Shown here: in pieces, positions 39,667 to 52,332 of the stretch
Position numbering within the stretch: position 1 is the first letter of the stretch
Layout of the letters: each line of letters begins with the position of its first letter
Assembly: GCF_057098645.1 (NCBI RefSeq)
Contig: NZ_CM169472.1
Reading direction: 5' to 3' (one strand)
Length of the DNA: 64,000 nucleotides
Position numbers and translations under genes: made by a program
Notes under the pieces: model-generated
Told to the model about the DNA's origin: nothing
The model's input: only the letters and a program-made list of their open reading frames with translations
Database searches by the model: none

Positions 39667-41100
39667 ATGTTTAAGAATGCATTTGCTAACCTGCAAAAGG
39701 TCGGTAAATCGCTGATGCTGCCGGTATCCGTACTGCCTATCGCAGGTATTCTGCTGGGCGTCGGTTCCGCGAATTTCAGCTGGCTGCCCGCCGTTGTATC
39801 GCATGTTATGGCAGAAGCAGGCGGTTCCGTCTTTGCAAACATGCCACTGATTTTTGCGATCGGTGTCGCCCTCGGCTTTACCAATAACGATGGCGTATCC
39901 GCGCTGGCCGCAGTTGTTGCCTATGGCATCATGGTTAAAACCATGGCCGTGGTTGCGCCACTGGTACTGCATTTACCTGCTGAAGAAATCGCCTCTAAAC
40001 ACCTGGCGGATACTGGCGTACTCGGAGGGATTATCTCCGGTGCGATCGCAGCGTACATGTTTAACCGTTTCTACCGTATTAAGCTGCCTGAGTATCTTGG
40101 CTTCTTTGCCGGTAAACGCTTTGTGCCGATCATTTCTGGCCTGGCTGCCATCTTTACTGGCGTTGTGCTGTCCTTCATTTGGCCGCCGATTGGTTCTGCA
40201 ATCCAGACCTTCTCTCAGTGGGCTGCTTACCAGAACCCGGTAGTTGCGTTTGGCATTTACGGTTTCATCGAACGTTGCCTGGTACCGTTTGGTCTGCACC
40301 ACATCTGGAACGTACCTTTCCAGATGCAGATTGGTGAATACACCAACGCAGCAGGTCAGGTTTTCCACGGCGACATTCCGCGTTATATGGCGGGTGACCC
40401 GACTGCGGGTAAACTGTCTGGTGGCTTCCTGTTCAAAATGTACGGTCTGCCAGCTGCCGCAATTGCTATCTGGCACTCTGCTAAACCAGAAAACCGCGCG
40501 AAAGTGGGCGGTATTATGATCTCCGCGGCGCTGACCTCGTTCCTGACCGGTATCACCGAGCCGATCGAGTTCTCCTTCATGTTCGTTGCGCCGATCCTGT
40601 ACATCATCCACGCGATTCTGGCAGGCCTGGCATTCCCAATCTGTATTCTTCTGGGGATGCGTGACGGTACGTCGTTCTCGCACGGTCTGATCGACTTCAT
40701 TGTTCTGTCTGGTAACAGCAGCAAACTGTGGTTGTTCCCGATCGTCGGTATCGGTTATGCGATTGTTTACTACACCATCTTCCGCGTGCTGATTAAAGCA
40801 CTGGATCTGAAAACGCCGGGTCGTGAAGATGCGACTGAAGATGCAAAAGCAACAGGTACCAGCGAAATGGCACCGGCTCTGGTTGCTGCATTTGGTGGTA
40901 AAGAAAACATTACTAACCTCGACGCATGTATTACCCGTCTGCGCGTCAGCGTTGCTGATGTGTCTAAAGTGGATCAGGCTGGCCTGAAGAAACTGGGCGC
41001 AGCGGGCGTAGTGGTTGCTGGTTCTGGTGTTCAGGCGATTTTCGGTACTAAATCCGATAACCTGAAAACCGAGATGGATGAGTACATCCGTAACCACTAA
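39667..41100 (+). CDS. ptsG: glucose-specific PTS enzyme IICB
   Basis: ORF track 477 aa; recognised as PtsG. Confidence 0.97.
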
Positions 41101-41124
41101 TCTGTAAGACGTTGGGGAGACTAA

Positions 41125-41148
41125 GGCAGCCAGATGGCTGCCTTTTTT
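41125..41148. terminator. bidirectional intrinsic terminator between convergent ptsG and fhuE (GGCAGCCAGATGGCTGCC + T6)
   Basis: Perfect 7-bp inverted repeat, T6 on plus strand. Confidence 0.8.
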
Positions 41149-41159
41149 ACAGGTGTTAT

Positions 41160-43349
41160 TCAGAATTGATACGTGCCGGTAATGCTGAAATTACGCGGTG
41201 CGCCGTAGACGATAGAACCTTCCACGTTGGTATCGTAGGTTTTGTCGAACAGATTATTGACGTTCCCCTGTAACGAGAAGTTTTTCGTCACCTGGTAGCG
41301 GGTGAAGAGATCCACCAGCGCGTAGCTACCTTGCTCGGCGCGGAAGGTGCCATACGGTGTCACGGTGTCGGTATACACGCGATTTTGCCAGTTAACACCA
41401 CCGCCGACTGTCAACTCTGGCATGACAGGCAACCGATAGCTGGTGAACATTTTAACCGTGGTGCGTGGCAGATTAGGATTAACGGCGTTTCCTTCGTTAT
41501 CCTCTGCAATATAGCGCGTTGCGCCAAATGTCAGCTGCCAGTTGTCGGTAATTGCGCCGTTGAGTTCAAATTCCACCCCTTTACTGACTGTCCCATCCAC
41601 CGCTTTATAGGCGGTTTCGCCGTTGCTGCCGGGGATAGGTGTACCGGTGGACTGAGCGACATTATCCTGCTCAATACGGAAGATGGCTAACGTGGTGGTC
41701 AGACGGCTATTCATCCAGTCCGATTTCAGACCCAGCTCGTAGTTGTTACCGGTGATTGGAGCCAGATATTTGCCTGAACTGTCACGATCATTTTGCGGCT
41801 GGAAAATAGAGGTATAGCTGGCGTAGGTCGACCAGTTGTCATTGATGTCAAACACCAGACCAGCGTAAGGCGTGGTGTGGTTTTTCTCCATGCTGTAAGT
41901 CAGCGTATCAACCCGCCAGTTGGTATAACGTGCGCCGAGGATCAGATGCAGCGGATCGGCAAGGGTGACACGAGTGGCAGCATATAACGATTTCATATGT
42001 GTGGTATCGTCCTGCGCCAGGCTCTGTGGTGACCAGTCGGTTTGTGGGAAATTGCCATTAAAGTTGTAGAAACTGCCAATTTCATCCGGGAAGATGTTGG
42101 CCCATGAACTGAAGTAACGATTGTTTTGTTTGCTGTAACTGCCACCAAACATTAGATTGTGCTGACGACCAAACAATTCATAACTACCGTCAGCGAACAA
42201 ATCCAGCGCATCAACTTTACGTTTGCCACTGTTCCAACCGGTGCCGCCGACATAATCAAAGCCAGGTCCATAATTACTGTATGGCCCAACCAGCATACCA
42301 TCCGCTTTGTTTACATAGGCATCGACATACATCATTTTGCTGTCAAATTCGACTTCAGAGTGGGTGGCATTCAGTGTCGCTTGCCAGGTATCAGCAAACC
42401 GCTGCTTCAGGGTCATAAAGACCTTGTTGATCTCTTTATCGTTGTACGCCCAGTCAGGTGCGGTACTGCGTGCGCGATCGTAACTGTTGCTGCTGCCATC
42501 AGTATTCCAGCGCGGTAAACCGCCCCAGGTTGGGCTATTAACATCAATGCGCTGATATTCGTAACCGGCTGAAAGCGTCGTAAGATCGCCTAAATCAGCA
42601 TCGACAATGCCGGAGAAGAAGGTCTTTTCACTATTGTAGCGGTCCAGCCATGAGTCGTTATTCTGGTAGCCGCCGACAATTCGCGCGCGGATTTTACCGT
42701 CTTCGGTGAGTGGGCTTTGTAAATCCGCCACATACCGTTCTTTGTTCCAGCTACCGTATTCCGCCGAGACATCGCCTTTAAATTCACGACTGGTCGCGTG
42801 TTTTCGAACCATATTAATTGCCGCAGATGGATTACCCGTCCCGGTCATGAGTCCTGTCGCGCCACGCACTACTTCTACGCGTTCAAACAGTGCCATATCA
42901 GAAAGTGCGTCGCCCAGATTCCAGCGCGATTCAAAATAGGTGGGGATACCATCAACCATATAGTTATCGATCTGGAATCCGCGGGAATAATAAAGAGCAC
43001 GATCGGAATCCGCCTGACTTTTGCTGATCCCCAGCGTGTTTTCCATCACTTCGCCCAGCGTTTGTAACTGCTGATCTTCCATCCGCTGCTGGCTAACAAT
43101 AGTGACCGACTGAGGAATATCACGTTGAGTCATCTGCATTTTGGTACCCGCAGAGGTAGACGTTACGCTGTAATCATTTTCGCCATCATCTGGAGCTGTG
43201 GCTGAACCCTCAACAATCACCGTTTCTTCAGTGGCTGGTGCAGCAAAAGCGGCAGAAGGTAATAGTGCCAATGCTATGCAACCGGCAAGTAGTGACGGTT
43301 TGGTGATGGCTTGATATTGATTATCCCTGTTAAATTGTGTTGAAAGCAT
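41160..43349 (-). CDS. fhuE: TonB-dependent ferric coprogen/rhodotorulic acid outer-membrane receptor
   Basis: ORF track 729 aa; signal peptide, TonB box region and C-terminal ...SITGTYQF; recognised as FhuE. Confidence 0.95.
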   Translation of the reverse strand: MLSTQFNRDNQYQAITKPSLLAGCIALALLPSAAFAAPATEETVIVEGSATAPDDGENDYSVTSTSAGTKMQMTQRDIPQSVTIVSQQRMEDQQLQTLGEVMENTLGISKSQADSDRALYYSRGFQIDNYMVDGIPTYFESRWNLGDALSDMALFERVEVVRGATGLMTGTGNPSAAINMVRKHATSREFKGDVSAEYGSWNKERYVADLQSPLTEDGKIRARIVGGYQNNDSWLDRYNSEKTFFSGIVDADLGDLTTLSAGYEYQRIDVNSPTWGGLPRWNTDGSSNSYDRARSTAPDWAYNDKEINKVFMTLKQRFADTWQATLNATHSEVEFDSKMMYVDAYVNKADGMLVGPYSNYGPGFDYVGGTGWNSGKRKVDALDLFADGSYELFGRQHNLMFGGSYSKQNNRYFSSWANIFPDEIGSFYNFNGNFPQTDWSPQSLAQDDTTHMKSLYAATRVTLADPLHLILGARYTNWRVDTLTYSMEKNHTTPYAGLVFDINDNWSTYASYTSIFQPQNDRDSSGKYLAPITGNNYELGLKSDWMNSRLTTTLAIFRIEQDNVAQSTGTPIPGSNGETAYKAVDGTVSKGVEFELNGAITDNWQLTFGATRYIAEDNEGNAVNPNLPRTTVKMFTSYRLPVMPELTVGGGVNWQNRVYTDTVTPYGTFRAEQGSYALVDLFTRYQVTKNFSLQGNVNNLFDKTYDTNVEGSIVYGAPRNFSITGTYQF

Positions 43350-43682
43350 TTGAAATCTCTTGGTTTATGTTGTCGTCAGGCTCATGCCGGAGGAGGGTGA
43401 TGAGCGGTTATATTTAGTGTGCGAATAATTTTGTATGTAAATGCAAATGAGAAATATACGCATTCATATTTGATGTGTAAACCAAACAGAGAATGTCTTT
43501 TCAGCGCATTCGCAGGCAGAAATGGGAATAATGGCGATATATACGGCAGCAAAACGATTTTTTGCTTAAGAAATCGTGAGTTAAGGTTGAAAGAGCAGGT
43601 TTAACTCGACCATACTCTATACTCGCAGTGTGGCGCGGCGTAGCATGGCGCAACGCATGGCTATTTGAAAAAGGAAAATGTC

Positions 43683-44042
43683 GTGGCAGAAGAAACTATA
43701 TTCAGCAAAATTATTCGTCGTGAGATCCCCTCCGATATCGTCTACCAGGATGATCTGGTAACGGCGTTTCGCGATATTTCGCCGCAAGCGCCAACGCATA
43801 TTCTGATCATTCCGAATATCCTCATTCCGACTGTGAACGACGTCTCAGCTGAGCATGAGCAGGCGCTGGGACGCATGATCACCGTAGCGGCAAAAATTGC
43901 TGAGCAAGAAGGTATTGCCGAAGATGGCTATCGTCTGATCATGAACACCAACCGTCATGGCGGACAAGAGGTTTACCACATCCATATGCACTTGTTGGGT
44001 GGTCGTCCGCTGGGACCAATGCTGGCGCATAAAGGTCTGTAA
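43683..44042 (+). CDS. hinT: HIT-family purine nucleoside phosphoramidase HinT (119 aa, GTG start)
   Basis: ORF 43665..44042 trimmed to (M)[23 protein letters not shown]... with HIHMH HIT motif. Confidence 0.92.
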   Translation: MAEETIFSKIIRREIPSDIVYQDDLVTAFRDISPQAPTHILIIPNILIPTVNDVSAEHEQALGRMITVAAKIAEQEGIAEDGYRLIMNTNRHGGQEVYHIHMHLLGGRPLGPMLAHKGL

Positions 44043-44044
44043 CG

Positions 44045-44422
44045 ATGAGAAAAGGATGCTTTGGGCTGATGTCTCTGGCGTTGTTACTGCTGGTGGGCTG
44101 TCGTTCACATCCGGAAATTCCGGTGAATGATGAGCAATCGCTGGTGATGGAGTCATCTTTATTGGCTGCGGGCATCAGTGCAGAAAAGCCCGTCCTTTCG
44201 ACGTCTGATATTCAACCTTCAGCATCCTCAACGCTTTATAACGAAAGGCAAGAACCCGTTACCGTTCATTATCGTTTTTACTGGTATGACGCCAGAGGGC
44301 TGGAGATGCATCCTCTGGAAAGGCCACGCAGCGTTACCATTCCCGCACATTCGGCGGTAACGCTGTACGGCAGCGCCAATTTTCTGGGGGCGCACAAAGT
44401 CAGACTTTATCTATATTTGTAA
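44045..44422 (+). CDS. ycfL: lipoprotein YcfL (DUF1425)
   Basis: ORF track 125 aa; lipobox LLLLVGC; recognised as YcfL. Confidence 0.92.
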   Translation: MRKGCFGLMSLALLLLVGCRSHPEIPVNDEQSLVMESSLLAAGISAEKPVLSTSDIQPSASSTLYNERQEPVTVHYRFYWYDARGLEMHPLERPRSVTIPAHSAVTLYGSANFLGAHKVRLYLYL

Positions 44423-44435
44423 GGGGTGAATCTTG

Positions 44436-45057
44436 ATGACAAAAATGAGTCGCTACGCCTTGATTACCGCGCTGGCGATGTTTCTCGCCGGGTGTGTGGG
44501 GCAACGTGAACCTGCACCGGTAGAAGAAGTGAAACCAGCGCCGGAACAACCAGCCGAGCCACAACAGCCTGTCCCCACAGTGCCCTCGGTGCCGACGATC
44601 CCGCAGCAGCCAGGCCCAATTGAGCACGAAGATCAAACTGCACCGCCTGCGCCGCATATTCGCCATTATGACTGGAATGGCGCAATGCAGCCGATGGTCA
44701 GTAAGATGCTTGGGGCTGACGGGGTGACTGCGGGTAGCGTCCTGCTGGTTGATAGCGTTAACAACCGTACTAACGGTTCGCTGAATGCCGCAGAAGCGAC
44801 CGAAACGCTGCGAAATGCGCTGGCTAATAACGGGAAATTTACCCTGGTTTCCGCCCAGCAGCTGTCGATGGCTAAGCAACAGTTAGGTTTGTCGCCGCAG
44901 GATAGTTTAGGCACCCGTAGTAAAGCCATAGGCATTGCCCGCAATGTCGGCGCTCATTACGTGCTGTACTCCAGCGCCTCTGGCAACGTTAACGCTCCGA
45001 CCCTACAAATGCAGCTGATGCTGGTGCAGACGGGCGAAATTATCTGGTCAGGTAAAG

Positions 45058-45077
<20 letters not shown>
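44436..45077 (+). CDS. lpoB: outer-membrane lipoprotein activator of PBP1B, LpoB (213 aa)
   Basis: ORF 44433..45077; [20 protein letters not shown] lipobox, Pro-rich linker; recognised as LpoB. Confidence 0.93.
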
Positions 45078-46918
<1,841 letters not shown>

Positions 46919-46940
46919 CCCTGGCTTATGTGAGGAAGCG

Positions 46941-47483
46941 ATGATTATCTATTTACACGGTTTTGACTCTAACAGTCCGGGTAACCACGAGAAAGTCTTA
47001 CAATTGCAGTTTATTGACCCGGATGTACGCTTGATAAGCTACAGTACGCGGCATCCGAAACATGATATGCAGCATCTGCTTAAAGAAGTGGACAAAATGT
47101 TGCAACTGAACGTTGACGAGCGTCCGCTAATTTGCGGCGTTGGCCTGGGCGGATACTGGGCGGAACGGATTGGTTTTCTTTGCGACATCCGCCAGGTGAT
47201 CTTCAACCCTAATTTGTTCCCTTATGAGAACATGGAAGGCAAGATTGATCGCCCGGAAGAGTATGCCGATATTGCCACTAAGTGTGTGACCAACTTCCGT
47301 GAGAAGAATCGCGATCGTTGCCTGGTGATTTTGTCGCGTAATGATGAAGCGCTTAACAGCCAGCGGACATCTGAAGAGTTGCATCATTATTACGAGATTG
47401 TCTGGGACGAAGAGCAGACGCACAAATTCAAGAATATCTCCCCGCATTTACAGCGCATTAAAGCGTTCAAAACCCTCGGGTAA
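46941..47483 (+). CDS. ycfP: UPF0227 alpha/beta-hydrolase-like protein YcfP (180 aa)
   Basis: ORF 46884..47483 trimmed to [18 protein letters not shown]...; recognised as YcfP. Confidence 0.92.
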
Positions 47484-47485
47484 AT

Positions 47486-47616
47486 GCCCTCGTCGCATCA
47501 GGTAACCTTGCCGGTACCTGATGCGCTCCGGATTCTGTGGGTCGGATAAGGCGTTTACGCCGCATCCGACTGTCGAGCATCAATGCCTGATGCGCCTCTT
47601 ATCAGGCCTACCGAAC
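47486..47616. repeat. REP/BIME cluster (about 3 REP units) downstream of ycfP
   Basis: GGTCGGATAAGGCGTTTACGCCGCATCCGAC and GCCTGATGCGCCTCTTATCAGGCCTAC palindromic units. Confidence 0.85.
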
Positions 47617-47882
47617 GCCCTACATACACCCCTCACTCTATATCACTCTCACAAATTCGCTCAAATAATAAACAATAAACTCTGTTTTTTGATCTCACCC
47701 GGTAAAGTCGCCTATCTTTTCAGCAACAAAACTTGATTAACATCAATTTTGGTATGACCAATGCACCATTCATGTTATTCTCAATAGCGAAGAACATTTT
47801 CATTGCTGTAACCTGTTGTTAATTAAGAGCTATGTTAATAACCATTAATTAACAATTGGTTAATAAATTTAAGGGGGTCACG

Positions 47883-49187
47883 TTGACTACGCCATTGAAA
47901 AAAATTGTGATTGTCGGCGGCGGTGCTGGTGGGCTGGAAATGGCAACACAGCTGGGATATAAGCTGGGACGCAAGAAAAAAGCCAAAATTACGCTGGTCG
48001 ATCGTAACCACAGCCACCTGTGGAAACCGCTGCTGCACGAAGTGGCGACTGGCTCGCTTGATGAAGGCGTCGATGCGTTGAGCTATCTGGCCCATGCGCG
48101 CAATCATGGTTTCCAGTTCCAGCTGGGTTCCGTCATTGATATTGATCGTGAAGCGAAAACAATCACTATTGCAGAACTGCGCGATGAGAAAGGTGAACTG
48201 CTGGTTCCGGAACGTAAAATCGCCTATGACACACTGGTAATGGCGCTGGGTAGCACCTCTAACGATTTCAATACGCCAGGTGTCAAAGAGAACTGCATTT
48301 TCCTCGATAACCCGCACCAGGCGTGTCGCTTTCACCAGGAGATGCTGAATCTCTTCCTGAAATACTCCGCCAACCTGGGCGCAAATGGCAAAGTGAACAT
48401 TGCGATTGTCGGCGGCGGCGCGACGGGTGTAGAACTCTCCGCTGAACTGCACAACGCGGTCAAGCAACTGCACAGCTACGGTTACAAAGGCCTGACCAAC
48501 GAAGCCCTGAACGTAACGCTGGTAGAAGCGGGTGAACGTATTTTGCCTGCATTACCGCCACGTATCTCTGCTGCGGCCCACAACGAGCTAACGAAACTTG
48601 GCGTTCGCGTGCTGACGCAAACCATGGTCACCAGTGCTGATGAAGGCGGCCTGCACACTAAAGATGGCGAATATATTGAGGCTGATCTGATGGTATGGGC
48701 AGCCGGGATCAAAGCGCCAGACTTCCTGAAAGATATCGGTGGTCTTGAAACTAACCGTATCAACCAGCTGGTGGTGGAACCGACGCTGCAAACCACCCGC
48801 GATCCAGACATTTACGCTATTGGCGACTGCGCGTCATGCCCGCGTCCGGAAGGGGGCTTTGTTCCGCCGCGTGCTCAGGCTGCACACCAGATGGCGACTT
48901 GCGCAATGAACAACATTCTGGCGCAGATGAACGGTAAGCCGCTGAAAAATTATCAGTATAAAGATCATGGTTCGCTGGTATCGCTGTCGAACTTCTCCAC
49001 CGTCGGTAGCCTGATGGGTAACCTGACGCGCGGCTCAATGATGATTGAAGGACGAATTGCGCGCTTTGTATATATCTCGCTATACCGAATGCATCAGATT
49101 GCGCTGCATGGTTACTTTAAAACCGGATTAATGATGCTGGTGGGGAGTATTAACCGCGTTATCCGTCCGCGTTTGAAGTTGCATTAA
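47883..49187 (+). CDS. ndh: NADH:quinone oxidoreductase II (434 aa; non-ATG start inferred)
   Basis: ORF 47856..49187; GGGAGG FAD motif [18 protein letters not shown]; start trimmed to give MTTPLKK as recalled for Ndh. Confidence 0.93.
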   Translation: MTTPLKKIVIVGGGAGGLEMATQLGYKLGRKKKAKITLVDRNHSHLWKPLLHEVATGSLDEGVDALSYLAHARNHGFQFQLGSVIDIDREAKTITIAELRDEKGELLVPERKIAYDTLVMALGSTSNDFNTPGVKENCIFLDNPHQACRFHQEMLNLFLKYSANLGANGKVNIAIVGGGATGVELSAELHNAVKQLHSYGYKGLTNEALNVTLVEAGERILPALPPRISAAAHNELTKLGVRVLTQTMVTSADEGGLHTKDGEYIEADLMVWAAGIKAPDFLKDIGGLETNRINQLVVEPTLQTTRDPDIYAIGDCASCPRPEGGFVPPRAQAAHQMATCAMNNILAQMNGKPLKNYQYKDHGSLVSLSNFSTVGSLMGNLTRGSMMIEGRIARFVYISLYRMHQIALHGYFKTGLMMLVGSINRVIRPRLKLH

Positions 49188-49199
49188 TCGACGTACACT

Positions 49200-49291
49200 G
49201 GCGGATGTGGCATAAACGCCTCATCCGCCCTGGACAAATGGTACGAGCGGTAGGCCTGATAAGATGCGTTAAGCGTCGCATCAGGCATTCC
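49200..49291. repeat. REP/BIME element downstream of ndh
   Basis: GGCGGATGTGGCATAAACGCCTCATCCGCC and GTAGGCCTGATAAGATGCGTTAAGCGTCGCATCAGGC units. Confidence 0.85.
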
Positions 49292-49413
49292 TTCAGACTC
49301 CTCCGAATCCTTAAGTATTTCCAGCCATTCCCGCGCTTTTCATCTTCTGTCTGATAGCTGCTTTTCTCCTTCGCTTGCATGATTGGCATAACTGCAAAGA
49401 AGGAGGTATTCCC

Positions 49414-49953
49414 GTGAATAAATCAATGTTGGCGGGTATCGGGATTGGTGTCGCAGCTGCGCTTGGCGTAGCGGCAGTGGCCAGTCTGAACGTGTTTGAA
49501 CGTGGCCCGCAATACGCTCAGGTTGTTTCTGCAACCCCAATCAAGGAAACGGTTAAAACACCGCGTCAGGAGTGTCGCAACGTCACAGTGACCCATCGTC
49601 GACCGGTGCAGGATGAAAATCGCATTACCGGGTCGGTGCTCGGAGCTGTTGCTGGCGGCGTGATAGGGCATCAGTTTGGTGGTGGTCGTGGTAAAGATGT
49701 CGCCACTGTTGTGGGGGCGCTGGGTGGTGGATATGCCGGTAACCAGATCCAGGGCTCTCTCCAGGAAAGCGATACTTACACGACTACGCAACAGCGTTGT
49801 AAAACGGTGTATGACAAGTCAGAAAAAATGCTCGGTTATGATGTGACCTATAAGATTGGCGATCAGCAGGGCAAAATCCGCATGGACCGCGATCCGGGTA
49901 CGCAGATCCCGCTAGATAGTAACGGGCAACTGATTTTGAATAACAAAGTATAA
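49414..49953 (+). CDS. ycfJ: glycine-zipper membrane protein YcfJ (179 aa, GTG start)
   Basis: ORF 49375..49953 trimmed to (M)NKSMLAGIGIGVAAALGVAA...; recognised as YcfJ. Confidence 0.9.
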   Translation: MNKSMLAGIGIGVAAALGVAAVASLNVFERGPQYAQVVSATPIKETVKTPRQECRNVTVTHRRPVQDENRITGSVLGAVAGGVIGHQFGGGRGKDVATVVGALGGGYAGNQIQGSLQESDTYTTTQQRCKTVYDKSEKMLGYDVTYKIGDQQGKIRMDRDPGTQIPLDSNGQLILNNKV

Positions 49954-49977
49954 CAAGGCTGTACTCTGCAATTTGGC

Positions 49978-50011
49978 CCCTCATTCGCTCAGGCTGAGGG
50001 GCTTTTTTTGC
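49978..50011 (+). terminator. ycfJ intrinsic terminator (GCCCCTCA...TGAGGGGC + T7); bidirectional with comR
   Basis: 8-bp inverted repeat followed by TTTTTTT. Confidence 0.8.
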
Positions 50012-50014
50012 GAC

Positions 50015-50647
50015 TTATTTCACCAGTTCGGGCCATAAACGCAAAGTCGTTCCGGCAATCTGCATCAGTTTTTCCAGCGATGCACCTTCGCGTGCGCTGA
50101 TCGACATCCCCTGAATAATGCAATTAAGGAATTCTGCCAGATGTGTCACGTCACAGTGGGTCGGGATTTCCCCGCGCGCTTGTCGTTGACATAAAAACTG
50201 CTGCAAAGTGCGCTCTTGCATCGCATGGCGTGATTTCAACGTATTGGCGATATCTCCTGAATCTGGGGAGAGGGTGGTGCAGTTGTTGATCATGAAGCAG
50301 CCTGCCGGGGTGTCTTTGCTGGTAAAGCAGTTGGCGATGGCAGCAAAATAGTCAGCCAGCGCAGACTCCACGCTTTTCTCTTCACAAAACAGCTGTGCTT
50401 CATGCTTAGCGGCAAAACGATCGATATAGCGGTCGAGAACGGCACGAAATAACCCCTCTTTGTTGGTAAATTCCGCGTATAGCGTGGGCGCTTTGGCTCC
50501 GGTCGCTTCGACGAGGTCCGCAAGAGAAGTCGCTTCATAACCGTGTTGCCAGAACAATTTCATGGCCTTATCAAGCGCGGCATCCCTGTCGAACACTTTT
50601 GGGCGGCCACGGCTTTTTTTTACACATTGTGTTGAGTCAGTTGCCAT
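50015..50647 (-). CDS. comR: TetR-family transcriptional repressor ComR (210 aa)
   Basis: ORF 50015..50725 trimmed to MATDSTQCVKKSRGRPKVFDRDAALDKAMKLFWQHGYEATSLADL (TetR HTH); recognised as ComR/YcfQ. Confidence 0.92.
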   Translation of the reverse strand: MATDSTQCVKKSRGRPKVFDRDAALDKAMKLFWQHGYEATSLADLVEATGAKAPTLYAEFTNKEGLFRAVLDRYIDRFAAKHEAQLFCEEKSVESALADYFAAIANCFTSKDTPAGCFMINNCTTLSPDSGDIANTLKSRHAMQERTLQQFLCQRQARGEIPTHCDVTHLAEFLNCIIQGMSISAREGASLEKLMQIAGTTLRLWPELVK

Positions 50648-50803
50648 GATGCCGTTATACCTGGTGACTGTGAATGAAAGGTTATTATAAAAATAATCAC
50701 CTCCGTTCACCAGTCCAGATCCCATAAAAATAATTGCTTTCTATTTAACTGAAATTTAAAGATTTTTAAATTAATTAATGATTGTTATAAAAAATATCTT
50801 GTA

Positions 50804-50819
50804 TGTGATCAAGATCACA
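50804..50819. promoter_or_regulatory. perfect 16-bp palindrome TGTGATCAAGATCACA in comR-bhsA divergent region; candidate ComR operator
   Basis: Palindrome seen in sequence ~70 bp upstream of bhsA ATG; operator assignment is inference from TetR-family biology. Confidence 0.5.
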
Positions 50820-50887
50820 TCTATCATTTAGTTATCGATCGTTAAGTAATTGCTTGCGACGTCATTCATCTGCATAAGGCCACTATT

Positions 50888-51145
50888 ATGAAAAACGTAA
50901 AAACCCTCATCGCTGCGGCGATTTTAAGCTCCATGTCATTTGCCAGCTTTGCGGCTGTCGAAGTTCAGTCAACGCCAGAAGGCCAACAAAAAGTCGGTAC
51001 AATCAGTGCTAACGCGGGGACAAATCTGGGATCGCTGGAAGAGCAGCTGGCGCAAAAAGCGGATGAGATGGGCGCAAAATCTTTCCGTATTACTTCTGTA
51101 ACCGGTCCGAATACCCTCCATGGAACAGCAGTAATTTATAAATAA
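50888..51145 (+). CDS. bhsA: multiple-stress-resistance outer membrane protein BhsA (YcfR)
   Basis: ORF track 85 aa with signal peptide; recognised as BhsA. Confidence 0.93.
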   Translation: MKNVKTLIAAAILSSMSFASFAAVEVQSTPEGQQKVGTISANAGTNLGSLEEQLAQKADEMGAKSFRITSVTGPNTLHGTAVIYK

Positions 51146-51184
51146 GCATTAACCCTCATTAATGCCTGCTACTGCTGATTTTTT

Positions 51185-51217
51185 CCCCGCGACATGCCGT
51201 GTCGCGGGGATTTTTTT
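51185..51217. terminator. bidirectional intrinsic terminator between bhsA and ldtC (CCCCGCGAC...GTCGCGGGG + T7)
   Basis: 9-bp inverted repeat with T-runs on both sides. Confidence 0.85.
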
Positions 51218-51226
51218 ATCCAGGAT

Positions 51227-52189
51227 TTACAGAGTTTGTGGGCTCACTTGATGACGGCGGACATCCACCGGCATCCCGGAACGGACATCCATCACATGTT
51301 GCATCACTTCAGCGTCAGTTTGTGCTGCATTTTTAAATGATTGCATTGCGCTATTCAGCGTAATTGGCAGCAGCTGCGGATCGTCATCAATCTTCTCTGA
51401 CAGCGGCTGATGTACTTCAACCAGACGCGCACCGTTTGGTTCGGCAGAGACTTTTATCGGAGTGTTGATGATATTCACTTTGGTGCCTGGGGTGACCTGG
51501 CTAAAGAGTGTTTTGATATCGTCATCCCGCAGACGAATACAGCCAGAACTTACCCGCATGCCAATGCCGAAATCGGCGTTCGTACCATGAAGCAAATAAA
51601 CGCCGCCATAGGCCGCCAGACGAATCGCATGATGGCCCATTGGGTTATCCGGTCCAGCCGGCACTACCGCAGGCAACTCAATTCCCTGTGCTTTATAACG
51701 GGCGCGGATGTTTGCCGTTGGCGTCCAGGTTGGGTTTGCACGTTTGTCTGAAACGGTGGTCACCATTGTCGGTGTCAGCGTGTCACCACCTAACTGACCA
51801 ATACCTATTGGATACACGGTTACCGAATTTTTACCCGGCGGGTAGTAATAGAGACGCAGCTCAGCAATGTTGATCACAATGCCTTCACGCGGCGCGTCTG
51901 GAAGTAGGGTTTGCAACGGGATCGTTAACACTCTGCCCGCGCGCGGTACGTAAGGATCAACGCCGGGGTTAGCCTGTAACAGAGCGAGAAAGCCGACGTT
52001 ATATTTTTTGGCGATGGCTTCCAGAGAACCACCGTCATTTTCCACCACATGAAATTTGTTTTCGCCAACCAGACGACTGCCCGCTGGCGGCAGCGGCCAG
52101 GTGTTGGCTTTTGCCGGTAGCGCCAGCGCCACGGCAGCGGCGAACGTAAAAAACGTTAGCCAGCGAGAAAAACGCGTTTTGATCATCAC
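51227..52189 (-). CDS. ldtC: L,D-transpeptidase LdtC (YcfS), 320 aa
   Basis: ORF 51227..52192 trimmed one codon; LysM-like and YkuD domain (..HGTNADFGIGMRVSSGCIRL..); recognised as YcfS. Confidence 0.93.
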   Translation of the reverse strand: MMIKTRFSRWLTFFTFAAAVALALPAKANTWPLPPAGSRLVGENKFHVVENDGGSLEAIAKKYNVGFLALLQANPGVDPYVPRAGRVLTIPLQTLLPDAPREGIVINIAELRLYYYPPGKNSVTVYPIGIGQLGGDTLTPTMVTTVSDKRANPTWTPTANIRARYKAQGIELPAVVPAGPDNPMGHHAIRLAAYGGVYLLHGTNADFGIGMRVSSGCIRLRDDDIKTLFSQVTPGTKVNIINTPIKVSAEPNGARLVEVHQPLSEKIDDDPQLLPITLNSAMQSFKNAAQTDAEVMQHVMDVRSGMPVDVRRHQVSPQTL

Positions 52190-52332
52190 CAAAAATCCAT
52201 AATAAATATAAGGTTATTGTAATAAACAGTTAAGCCTGAATTATGGATGGTGACAGTGTCGGATAGTGCAGGGAAGTGCAAAGAATTTGTAAATGTTGCA
52301 GATGGGGGCGCAGAAACGCCCCCGATTTACCA

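Noticed and set aside
39973..41097. 374-aa minus-strand ORF antisense to ptsG
   Set aside because: Fully overlapped by ptsG, whose translation is an unambiguous match to glucose PTS IICB. The antisense translation is Arg/Thr/Cys-rich noise.
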